NCBI GenBank assembly: GCA_951406725.2
Contig: OX597830.1
Location: forward strand, 40,796,001-40,860,000
Source: Octopus vulgaris
Taxonomy: Eukaryota
Reading direction: 5' to 3'
Length of the DNA: 64,000 nt
Below the pieces are notes generated by a model. It saw only the letters and a program-made list of their open reading frames with translations, was not told the DNA's origin and searched no databases. Position 1 is the stretch's first letter; every line of letters begins with the position of its first letter. This document shows positions 52,128-64,000 of the stretch, piece after piece. Both the position numbers and the translations under genes were made by a program.

Positions 52128-52769
52128 TATCTGACTGCTGTTTTTTTTTTTCACTTCCCTCAAATGGAGAATTTATTCTGACTGAATGGTAAGCCTTTAG
52201 TTCTTTTATTTAACTGTGTGTTGGATATAGTTCTAAAAAATAGTTCAAAACTGACTTTTTAACCCTACTGGTCAAGGGAAGAATCTGCTGCCTAGAAACT
52301 AGATCTTGTTACTATTCCACACTTATTTGATAAACACTTCAATCATTGTTTTCACCAAGGGTGGTCAAGGTCTTCAATCCCATCCTATTCAATGTGTTGA
52401 TCCCCTACTGTGTTCTTATGTGTCTTTATTATCCATATTTTTTATTAATATATTAATTTTGGTATGTGCCTATATTGGCTTTATGCTGTTGTTTTTTTAT
52501 ATACTGTTATTTATTATTTATCAATTATTTATTTATACGAATGTTACTAGTATATTACTATTTTAATAATTACTGTTAATGGATAAGTTGGGCTCATACT
52601 GTATGTATGTATATCTAATTTATAGTATAGATATCTGATTTATAGGTATTATAGTTTCTCAGTAATGTCCATTTAATATTTTATCATATTATCCTTAATT
52701 TATCATTTCTATTTATCTCCAGCACTGCTTTAATTAATCTTGTCATTCTTTACTTTAACATGTCCATAT

Positions 52770-52800
<31 letters not shown>

Positions 52801-52848
52801 CGCGTGTGTGTGTGTGTGTATGCGCATGCTGGTATGTATGTATATGTA

Positions 52849-53068
52849 CGAGGGGTGCTGAAAAGTTCCTGGCTTTAGGTAAAAAAAAAAAAATAGCAGA
52901 GAATCAATTTATTATGATTTTACTCAACATATTCCCTTCTCAGATTCATACACTTATTGCAGTGGTCCTACAGTGTTTCTAAGCCCTGTAAAAGAACTCA
53001 GAAGGTTGGGCCTCCAAACAGGCCTTTCATAATACCCTTAAAACCAGGAACATTCCAGCACCTCATCG
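52849..53068 (-). mobile_element. mariner-derived MITE
   Basis: TIR CGAGGGGTGCTGAAAAGTTCCTGGCTTTAGG vs the reverse complement of the right end, preceded by TA. Minus translation LETL*DHCNKCMNLRREYVE* resembles the mariner transposase C-terminus. Confidence 0.75.
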
Positions 53069-54028
53069 ATGTATGTGTGTATATTGATTGAAGTGTGCAG
53101 TATTATGTATCCATTACAGCCAATCTTACCAATTGGTTTCGCACCAGGGATTCAAGAGAGTGTTAAGTAACAGTCCAGTTATGTAACCCTGTGCTCATCA
53201 GAGGTAGCCATTATGGAATGAAAGATGGTGACTACTCTCTCTCTCTACACACACACACATATATATATATATGCTATACATGCTGTCACATCCAACAAAA
53301 TCTGTTGTTGGATTTGATATAATCAACTGTACTCATGGCTGCAACCAGTGACTTCAACCTGTAAAAGACTCTAACAAATAGTCTAACATCTTAATTTCAT
53401 GTAAGCCATTGTAGGTCTGATTCAATGTTGAATTTTCAATTGAAGAAGAAGAGGAAAAATAATAATAAATAAATAAGATGAAAGAAAGAATGAATATAAT
53501 GCAACACTGAATGGTTTACAAAACCATAATAAGAAAATCTCATTAGGTTATTTTATGAATATAATTGAGCTGAATAACTGTCCATAATTTCTAAGTTCGC
53601 ACACACTGGAAGACATCTTTCCTCCCTTTGTGATTAAGCCATTTGTTTGGTGTCCAAAAACCTGAATATTACGACTGATCTCTGTTATTACAATAATCTT
53701 TGCAACGACAACTAATTGTTCTTTTTTATTCTTTGGGGGGGTTTTTCTGTGGTTTTTTTTTTTTTTTAATATTTTTGGCTTCATTTGCATTGCGTAAAAA
53801 AAAAAAGAAAAACAAAGAAAACGTAATGAAAGAAACTAGAAAGACTGGAAGAAAGAAAGAAAGAAAGAAATATGGTTGTCCATCAAAAGCTGTTTATTAG
53901 GAGTGGCGAATGAAATTGCCTTTTCATCCTGATTAATGCAATGTTATGTTATTTCAACTTTTAAGTTATATTGTTTGTTAGCAGTGCCATTTAGAGTTCA
54001 ACTCCTATATTTCTTTTATTAGGCTCTC

Positions 54029-54070
<42 letters not shown>

Positions 54071-54220
54071 CCTCTCTCTCTCTCTCTCTATTTCAGTTTA
54101 TATATGATGCTATTTTACACATTTTCTGTAGAACTTTTAATCTATATGAATGTGGGTGGGAATATATGTATACAGATGTGTGTGTATGTATGTATATGTA
54201 TATATATATATACTATACAG

Positions 54221-54262
<42 letters not shown>

Positions 54263-54326
54263 TTTATGTAGAAAAATACAAACTGGGACAAGAAAGTAAA
54301 ACATTTAGAAGACGATACGAAAAACA

Positions 54327-54386
<60 letters not shown>

Positions 54387-54714
54387 ATACTTAGACAGAC
54401 AGACAGACAGACAGACAGACGGATGAACAGATGGACAGGTGGGTGGACAGGCGGACAGACACACAGACACAGACAGACACGAACAGACAGACAGACAATC
54501 AGACAGACAGACAGATAGATATACATAGATAGATACGTAATGTATAGATTCAGAAATGGTTGTGTGGTTAATAAGTTCATTTTGCAACCACGTGATTTCC
54601 GGTTCAGTCCCACTGCTTGGCACCTTGAGCAAGTATCTTCTGCTATAGTTTCAAACCAAACAAAGCCTTGTGAGTTGATCAGGTAGCTGGAAACTAAATG
54701 AAGCCTGTTGTGAG

Positions 54715-54751
<37 letters not shown>

Positions 54752-55065
54752 AGAGACAGAGAGTGGATTCATATTTATCCTCATCTTTATGTGTATTCAC
54801 TGACTGTAAAACACTTGTCTTGCAAAGCAAATGCCATTGTCTGGGAAAAGGTGGTGCTTGGCATCAGGAAGGGTACCTGCTACAGAAAATCTCTCTCTCA
54901 ATTTGCTCTCACCTGACCCATGAAAGCATGGAAAAATAACAGAAGTTAACATGATGATGAGAAATAGACAGCAAGACAGGCAGGCAGTCAGACAGGCAGA
55001 CAGACAGACAGACAGGCAAAAAATTGGAGACAGTGATCTGAAAGAGTGGTGTGGATGTCCTAAGT

Positions 55066-55267
55066 ATTCTTTTATTCCTTTATTTGTTTCAGTTATTTGA
55101 CTGCGGCCATACTGTAGCACCACTTTTAGCCAAGCAAATCGACCCCAGGACTTATTCTTTGTAAGCCTAGTACTTATTCTATCAGTCTCTTTTGCTGAAC
55201 CGCTAAGTTACGGTTATCAAGTGATGCTGGGGTGACAAACACAGACACACAAACATATACATACCTT

Positions 55268-55301
<34 letters not shown>

Positions 55302-55465
55302 ACAACGGGCTTCTTTCAGTTTCCATCTACCAAATCCACTCACAAGGCTTTGGTTGGCCTGAGGCTATAGTAGAAGACACTTGCCCAAGTTGCTACGCAG
55401 TGGGAATGAACCCGGAATCATGTGGTTGGTAAGCAAGCTTCTTACCACACAATCACTCCTGCACC
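55066..55465 (-). mobile_element. SINE family 1 (minus)
   Basis: Reverse complement of the head/microsatellite/tail structure. Confidence 0.85.
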
Positions 55466-55692
55466 TATGTTTACTTTCACTATTTAATGAAGACATATTT
55501 TACCCTATATATGTATCAAGTATGAGAATCTTTTAACATTTTGATATTACTTATATGAGGATTAATAGTGTTTGTCTGTGTGAGTGTGTGTATATCATGA
55601 TCATCATCATCATTTAACGTCTGCTTTCCATGCTAGAATGATATATAAAAGATGTGTGTATGTGTATTTATACACATACACACACACATATA

Positions 55693-56118
55693 TCATTATC
55701 ATCATCTTCGTTATTTAATGTCAGTTTTCCATGCTGGCATGGATTGGACAGTTTAACAGGAGCTGACCAACTGAAAGGCTGTTCATGCTCCATGTCTGTT
55801 TTGGCGTGGTTTCTAGGGCTGGATGCCCTTCCTAATGCCAACCACTTTACAAAGTGTACTGGGAGCTTTTACGCAACACTAGCACTGACAAGTCCCCAAG
55901 ATTAGGGATGCTCAGCTGGAGAGGGTTGCAAGAGATGAGCCTGTACGCAAGGGTAATCATGCTTTTACTTAGCTTGATGTATCTTTCCAAGCATGGCATA
56001 CCACCAGGAGCCTCAGTCCCCTGTTGTCCCTTCTGTAAGTCCCAATGTCTGTAGATCTTTTGTCACCACTTCATCCCATGCCTTCCTGGGTCTATCCCTT
56101 CTGCATGTTCCCTCTACA
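55693..56118 (-). mobile_element. 5'-truncated RTE LINE
   Basis: Minus translation VEGTCRRDRPRKAWDEVVTKDLQTLGL...IHQAK*, followed by the GTTGGCATTAGGAAGGGCATCCAG 3'UTR and (GAT)n. Confidence 0.85.
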
Positions 56119-56154
56119 ATTTATTCCCTATATATAATATATGCATGTGTTTGT

Positions 56155-56282
<128 letters not shown>

Positions 56283-57456
56283 GTGTTGTATTGATAGGAG
56301 TAGAAACTGTGCAATCTGCTGTTTTGGAACTTAAATTAACATGAAGTTTTGATGAAAGTTTTTAATTTAAATCTCTTTAAAACATGACGTTTATATCAGA
56401 GAACCTGGAAGAGTCTCAGACAGGTTGGTCTTAAAAGGGTTAAACAATTCAAATAGTTTACAGTCTGTATGGGTCCCAGCAAAAGGAGAATATGAAAGAC
56501 ATATTTTTCCCCATGAGAGAGAATGCTGACCCATTCAGGTAGCTTTGAGGTTTTTCCCTGATGCAGATGGTAACCAGAATAATGGACAGCAAGTCACTCT
56601 ATTATTTATCGATACCACAGTATTATTATAACTGTTTACAATAATGGACTCTATCAGTCACTGCTAGTTAAGGGCCTTCTGACTGAATACAAACCACTGA
56701 CTTCTCAGGTTGTGGTCTAATATGCAATTATGTTGGCCATCTGCTCTCTCTAAAGTGGTCAGTTGACTCTTAATGATTTAATGTAGCAATACCATCTCTG
56801 ACATCTACAAAACAGACATGCTATTAAATAATATGGGCAATAGTGATTTGGAGCTCAGAAAATGTGATAATGATTTTGCTCCCTACATCTACAATATCAA
56901 ACAAAAGAATTCAACAGATATCCTCTCTAGAAGTACATGACATGATGATAACACTGAGTTACCCTCCACCCAATCAAATCATGCTTTTTTACCTTAAAAA
57001 AATGAAGAACACATTGAATATGATAAATGAACAAGACAGCTTCTCCAGAGGTGCATAATCTGCTAAAGATAGCAGGTTAATCACCCTTCAAATTATGCTT
57101 TATCAGCTTAAGAAATGAACATATTGAATACAGTGGATAGATATATGATGTCTAAAATAAATAGATGGATTAGTGAGCTGATCACAGGATATCTTTGAAC
57201 ATGTGTCTGCTTGACCAGCATTGACCTGGGGTTAAATAAGACTGGTGACAAAAACTTAACACTGACAAGTTATGTGGTTGCTTCATATGCTAAGAAAAAT
57301 AGCTAAACTTTCCTCAAATCACACCTTATTGTTTACAAAAATGAAGGATACATAAGACAATGGAAAAGTAGATATTGATACACAAAAAGATGGGAAGGTC
57401 ACATCTGGATCACTGCCGATAATAGGTCTGCTTAACCAGAACTGATACATGGTTAA

Positions 57457-58756
57457 CCTTTTAGCATTCAGGTTATTCTGTCAATTGTGATGCTTATTAC
57501 CTCTGCCTTAGCGAAGGCGGAGGTATTGTTTTCAGTTGTGTTTGTTTGTTTGTCCATGGACAAGATATCTCAAGAACCGCTGAATGGATTTGGATGAAAC
57601 TTTCAGGGATGTTTAGCCCTGAGACTGGCACGAACTGATTAGATTTGGGGATTGATTTCGTACCAAATAAGGGTTCTGGATTATTTTTCCTGTTTTTTTA
57701 CTAAATTTTTGAGAGCAGTTGGGTTCATTTTTAGTATTCTCGTTTGATAGAGCAGTCAAGTTTATTTCAGATATTCTCATTTTAAAAATCATCTCTGGCT
57801 AATCGTTGGATAGCTTGAGAGGAAGTGGTCAGCTGGGAGGTGTGCAGGTTCCAATTGTTTATTTTGACATGGTTTCAATGACTGGACGCTCTTCTTAATG
57901 CTAATCATTTCACAAAGTGTAAGGGTGCTTTTTACATGGCACTGGCACCAGTACGGACACTTTTACGTGGCACCAGCACAAGTGCATTTATGTGATACCA
58001 GCACCTGCAAGCCCTTACAGGAAGAACCTCTAGGCTGAAACAGGGACATACAGAACATTCCTGTATGCATGGACAGCCACAGTTTTACTTAACTTGACAT
58101 TATTTCAAATTAATCACACATAGTCTTGTACCTCTGAGATTGCAATGATGTCATCATCATCATCATCATCATCATCGTTTAGCATCCGCTTTCCATGCTA
58201 GCATGGGTTGGATGGTTCAACTGGGGTCTTGGAACCAGAAGGCTGCACCAGGCCCAATCTGATCTGGCAATGTTTCTATGGCTGGATGCCCTTCCTAACG
58301 CCAACCACTCCGTGAGTGTAGTAGGTGCTTTTTATGTGCCACCAGCACAGGTGCCAGATGAGGCTGACAAACGACCACAATCGGATGGTGCTTTTTACGT
58401 GCCACCGGCACAGAGGCCAGTCAGGGCAGCGCTGGCAATGGCCACATTCGGCCGCCACCAGCACTGGTATCACAGCTACAATTTCCATTGATGTTGATCG
58501 ATTTCGATTCTGATTCTGATTCTCACTTGCCTCAACAGGTCTTCACAAGTAGAGTTTTGTGTCTCAAGAAGGAAAGGTATGCATAAGTGGACTGGCTACA
58601 TCCCAGGTAGAGGTCACAGGTTATGGTCTCACTTGTCCCGCCGGGTCTTCTCACGCACAGCGTTTAATTTTCGAATGACATTGTAGGGCATGCATGAGAA
58701 GCTGGATCTGACCAGTTTGAATATAAAACAGGCAGAATATTTTAAATGCAAAATGG
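57457..58756. mobile_element. piggyBac-type family B MITE split into three pieces by later insertions
   Basis: Pieces 57457-57495, ~58095-58152 and ~58663-58756 align in order with 35017-35236. TTAA lies at both outer ends. Confidence 0.6.
57495..57810 (+). mobile_element. Helentron/DINE-1-like element (3' truncated)
   Basis: TTACCTCTGCCTTAGCGAAGGCGGAGGTATTGTTTTCAG..., homologous to 1899-2268. Confidence 0.65.
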
Positions 58757-59027
58757 TTAAACTACAAGTACAGTACCGAATGTTATTGGCTCATTTCAAC
58801 CCAAACACAAAAGTAGATAAACAGGTCTAAAAAAAACTACATGTCACTAAGTGACGGTGGAATTCTCGCCATCCGGCATGGCTTGTATCCAGGCAATCAG
58901 ACAAATTGAGAAGCTGATTTCTCATATTTTATAATGCTGTGTTGTGTTATTGTATAAAAACTATTACCTATTCATATTTCAGGAATTATATATATGTTTG
59001 TGTATGTGTGTGTGTATATATATATAT

Positions 59028-59098
<71 letters not shown>

Positions 59099-59486
59099 TA
59101 GATATATGTATGTGTGTATATAGATAGATAGATAAATATATTGATAGATATAAATATATATATATATAAATATATAGATATAGATATGTGTATATACCCA
59201 TATGTGTGTGTGTGTATACATATATATATATGTGTTTATGTATATGTGTATGTATGTTTTACAAAAGAAAAATCAATAACATGTCTCATTGATCTGAAGT
59301 AAAAATGTTTATGTAGCAGAAACACAACAATCCCTTGTCCAATGTTGAATTGGAAAGCCTTGACAGTGGTTTATCTTGAAACTGTTAAAACTATAAATTT
59401 AATCTAGGTTAACGAATAACATATACCTTTGCCTCCACTGCCACCTTATTTCTGATACCAATAATAATAATAGTAATAATAATAAT

Positions 59487-60092
59487 CTACAGTCAATCTA
59501 CACCACTAGCCCAGAAACAATATAAGAGATGCCATGACAATATAGCAAGGATTGTCCATTGGACACTTTGCCAAAAGCTGGACTTGACAGAGCAAAAAAA
59601 GTAGTACAAACATAAACCCGAAGGCATCATCAAAAATGATAATGCAAAGATCCTGTGGGATTTTAAGATTCAGTGCGACCACGAGATAGAGAATAGGAAA
59701 CCATACGTAGTGTTAATTGAAAAAGAAAGCAAATGATGCTGGATCATAGATATCGCATGCCCAACTGACAACAAGCTATGTGATAAGGAGGAAAGAAAAG
59801 TCAAAAGCTATAACAGGTTAGCTTGGGAGGTTAAGCAGTTGTGATCACTGAAAAAGGTGGTAGTAGTACCAATAATTGTCGGAGCCCTGGGAACAGTGAG
59901 TATAAATCTTGAGAAGTACATGGAACAAATAGGGGCTGTGATAAGAGTGGAGCACTTGCAGAAAACAGCACTGCTTGGAACCGCTTGAATATTCTGGATG
60001 GTGCTTGAAAAATAAGGGCTGTTACCTTAGTGGTAGTGAACAGATGACACCATAGTACATCTCCAGCATTAGAAGCTGTGCAAAGACAATGA
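59487..60092 (+). mobile_element. Dong/R4-clade LINE 3' fragment (RLE domain, degenerate)
   Basis: LAQKQYKRCHDNIARIVHW.LC...KILWDFKIQCDHEIENRKPYVV...IIDIACP...KE..K...Y..L..E...VPIIVGALGTV...LQKTALLGTA, with stops. (TAA)n on both sides. Confidence 0.88.
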
Positions 60093-60330
60093 AATAATAA
60101 TAATAATCCTCTCTATTATAGGTACAAGGCCTAAAATTATGGGTGAGGACCCCAGTGTCTAACTGGTACTTATTTTATTGATTCCAAAAGGATGAAAGGC
60201 AAAGACGACTTCAGTGGCATTTGAACTCAGAACATAAAGACAAATGAAATGCTGCTAAGCAATTTGTCCAGTGAGCTCACAATTCTGCCAGCCTGCTCCC
60301 TTGATGATGACGACGACGATGACGATGATG

Positions 60331-60892
60331 ATCTCACTCCTCCAGAACATCACCATTCAAACTGGCAGAAAGATAGATGCGAATAGGCCAGACATCATAG
60401 TAAAAGACTTCAGACAAAAAACATGCCTCCTCATTGATATGACTGTCCCAATCGATATAAACATATCTGTCAAGACCTACCAGAAACTGAGCGAATATAA
60501 AGATCTGGAAATAGAAATCAGCAAAATATGGAACCTGAAGACTAAAACAATACCTGTTGTCATAGGTGCCCTGGGAATGATAGCAAAAGGGGCTGATTGC
60601 TACCTAACTCAGATACTAGGAAACCCAAAAATGGCAGAAATTCAAAAGATAGTGCTCATGGGAACTGCTCATATCCTACGCAAAATACTTTCTATGTAAT
60701 CTCAAGTTTTAAAACAAACATAATTTTCGTATGTTTTTTTTAGACATTCACTAGTACAACACTAAATACAAAACCAAATAAATGGCACACTAGGCATAAC
60801 AACAACACAAACTTCCAACTTGTATTCTCTTGAGGTCTCTGGGTGAGACTTGCAGCCAGCTTGTACAAAGGTAAAGCAAAAGTCAAACATAG
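60331..60892 (+). mobile_element. Second Dong/R4-clade LINE 3' fragment (RLE domain, open frame)
   Basis: ORF to 60699: IQTGRKIDANRPDII...LLIDMTVP...KLSEYKDLEIEISKIW...IPVVIGALG...IQKIVLMGTAHILRKILS*. The 3'UTR ends in (AAT)n. Confidence 0.9.
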
Positions 60893-61394
60893 AATAATAA
60901 TAATAGTCGTTTCTATTATAAGGACAAGACCTTAAATTTCGTGGGTCGGGTCTAATCAATAGCATTGACTCCAGTATCTGACCGGTACTTATTTTAACAA
61001 CCATATCCACTCACAAGACTTTGGTCAGCCCTGGTCGACAGTTGCCTAAAATGCCACATAGTGAGATTGAACTCAAAACCATGTGGTTGGGAAACATATT
61101 TGTTTACTACAAAGCCATGACCGCATCTGCCCACACTGATTCAATTAAAACTGTACCTTCTTTCGAAATCTGTGACATTCTGCTAATGTGAGAAATCAAT
61201 AACAATTCAGACAAAAGAATATAAGTAGAGAGGTGTTTCGTTTAGATTCATATTGTTTATTGATTTCAATCAATATTTCTGCAATAGATAAAGTATTAGT
61301 GAAAAGAAAGATCAATCATTTTGTTTGAAAAATCACATAGTTAAAGAAATGATGAGAGAGAAAGCTAAATAGATGAAAACACCCAGAAACACAA

Positions 61395-61441
<47 letters not shown>

Positions 61442-62108
61442 CATGTATGCATACATACACACATACATGCATACATACATGCATGCATACACACATACAT
61501 ACATGCATGCATATACACATACATACATACATGCATTTCTACAACACGAACAGATATCCTGAACTGCATCCAGAAAGTGGTTACTCAACTGACTCGCATT
61601 AAATCAGTAACAGACACACTCCAACATATGGCTCACACTGTCTTTTCTGTCACTGCTACAGTGACCTCTGACCCTTGGAGCTAACTGGTCTTGTATATTC
61701 TACACTCAGATGCTTCCAAGTGAGTTCATCTCACCACTTCTTGTCACAATCGTGTCCAATCTCACCTTTCCCACAACCTGCTTTGGCACTTTCCTCCTCA
61801 CATCGTCATCCCTCGGGAATCTTATCTCTGCTCATGTCTTCAATGCAAATGTCAACTTGCAGCAGTTTGAATGTAATACGAATGGCATCAAGCTCACCAA
61901 TCTTGGAGAGCCTGCAAAAGTTATGAGCACCATCCTTTCCTCCAGACCTAGCAATATATCATCATCATCATCATTTAACATCCGTTTTCAATTGAACAAA
62001 TCAACCCCAGCATTCATATTTTAAGTTAGGTACTTAATCCATCAGTTTCTTTTGCTGAACTGTTAAGTTACAAAGATATAAGCAAACCAACACCAGTTGT
62101 CAAATGGT

Positions 62109-62147
<39 letters not shown>

Positions 62148-62509
62148 ATGCATACATATATGAGGAGCTTCCACAGTTTCAGTCTACAGAATTGACTTGC
62201 AGGGGAGTAGTCAGCTTGAGATTATAGTAGAAGACCCTTGGCCAAGGTGTTGCATGGTGGGACTGAACCCATAACCATGTGGTTGCAAAGTGAGCTTATA
62301 CAGAGTGAGAGAGAGAGAGAGCAAAGACAGAGGAAAGATATTATATTTTCTAATGACTCTTGACCATAGCATTTAAGGTCATCATTTATTATATTCCTGT
62401 GGTGGTCATCTTGTAGAGAAGAGATATTCAACCCATACATACACACACACAGATGCATGCATGTTCTTCAGCTGCAGATGAATATCATAACTGACCATAT
62501 TGCCTTATC

Positions 62510-63003
62510 AAGTCTCTCTCTCTTTAACTCTTTCTCTCTCAAATATATTTCTTTATCCTTTTCTCTCATTTTTTCACTCACTCCTTCTTTCTCCACTATC
62601 CCCATTTTATCACACATACACACACACACACTCTCTCTCTCTCCCTCTCTCACACACACACATACACACAGCTGTTTCTCACACACACTCTCTCCCCTCC
62701 ACCCCTCTTGCACACACACTCACACACAGCTCTCTATCTCTCTCCCTTCCCCTCTCTCTCTCACACACACACTGCTCTTTCTATCTCTATCACTCTCTCT
62801 CCCTCCCCTCTCTCTCTCTCTCTCACCTCTTTCTCATGCAGGTCTTTTTTTTTTCTCTCTCATATACCTCGATTCCCCTCACCCACTATTTCATTCTGTC
62901 ACCCTGTTCTCTCTCCTATCTCTAATTTCATCCCCCTTACCCCCACCCCACCCCGCTCTCTCTTCCTCCCTCCCTCCCTCCCTCCCTTTTTCCCCTTCTC
63001 TCA
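62510..63003. repeat. CT/CA-rich low-complexity tract
   Basis: Directly visible. Confidence 0.9.
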
Positions 63004-63222
63004 ATTCAAAATGCACAGAAGATAAATATGCTTTAAATGCTTCTAAAGGAGGAAAGAAGGATGGCAGAGGTTTCCTTTCAGCTTTTTACAAAGTAAATAT
63101 TGATTTTTCTTTTTGATTAAGCACAAGGCCAAATTATTTCCCAGTTTTCCCTCAACCCCCAACCCTTTAAAGGAGTGGTAGATATATTGGTTGAATTGAT
63201 TCCAGTGCATATTTCTTCTTCC

Positions 63223-63265
<43 letters not shown>

Positions 63266-63269
63266 CAAC

Positions 63270-63548
63270 AAGGCAGTGAGCTGGTAGAATTGTCACTGTG
63301 CCAGACAAAAACATTTCATGGTATCTCTTCTGGTTTTACGTTCAGAGTTCAAATGTTGCTGAGGTCGAATTTACCTTTCTTTTCCTTCCTTCCAGCAGGG
63401 GCAATGGGGATGGGTTCGATAAAATAAGTACCAGTTGAATACTGGGAGAGGGGGGGGTCAGTATAATTGATTTACCTGCTACTCTGAAATTGCTGGCCTT
63501 GTGTCAAAACTTGAAACCATTATTATTATTATTATCATTATTATTATA

Positions 63549-63589
<41 letters not shown>

Positions 63590-64000
63590 TACGGCAGTGA
63601 GCTGGCCTTGTACCAAAAACTGGAAAGAATTGTTGTTGTTGTTGTTATTATTATTATTATTATTATTAAGGCGGTGAGCTGGTAGAAACGTTAGCACACT
63701 GGGTGAAATGCTTGGCGGTATTTCATCTACTGCTGCGTTCTGAGTTCAAATTCCGCCAAGGTCGACTTTGCCTTTCATCCTTTCGGGGTCAATATACTGG
63801 GGTCAATGTAATTGACTTAATCAGTTTGTCTGTCCTTGTTTGTCCTCTCTGTATTTAGCCCCTTGTGGGTAGTAAAGAAATAGGTATTTCGCCTGTTGCT
63901 ACATCTTGAGTTCAAATTCCACTGAAGTCAACTTTACCTTTCAAGGTTGATAAATTTAGTACCAGTCAGATATTGAGATCAATATAATCAACTTTTGCTT
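63270..64000 (+). mobile_element. Cluster of SINE family 2 copies separated by (ATT)n
   Basis: Heads GGC(A/G)GTGAGCTGG at ~63271, ~63593 and ~63670; CCTTTCATCCTTTCGGGGTC core; both tail variants present. Confidence 0.8.

Noticed and set aside
60271-60699. 142 aa ORF as a host gene
   Set aside because: It is the RLE domain of a truncated Dong/R4 LINE, and its N-terminus comes from SINE and microsatellite sequence.

Overview
Repeat-saturated, AT-rich eukaryotic non-coding DNA (intergenic or a large intron). The repeat content suggests an octopus/coleoid cephalopod genome; this is inference. I found no intact host protein-coding gene, tRNA, rRNA or CRISPR array. Almost all listed ORFs are translations of microsatellites ((TA)n, (TG)n, (TATG)n, (GATA)n, (CAT)n, (AAT)n) or of a minisatellite. 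The window holds several tRNA-derived SINE families and many 5'-truncated RTE LINE 3' ends, whose 3'UTR is built from 61-66 bp modules; one copy is expanded to a 26 x 66 bp array. It also holds CR1 and Tx1/L1-like 3' fragments, four restriction-like-endonuclease (RLE) LINE remnants (two Dong/R4-type at (TAA)n, one at (CATA)n, one HERO-type) and Penelope-like element (PLE) GIY-YIG remnants. DNA elements include piggyBac-type TTAA MITEs, hAT and Tc1/mariner MITEs, and Helentron/DINE-like elements, many nested. The most notable cryptic signal is a set of minimal type I hammerhead-ribozyme motifs in small PLE-derived islands next to (TA)n tracts: one near-intact at 29599-29648, one on the minus strand at 52038-52127, and a back-to-back palindromic pair at 21519-21645.
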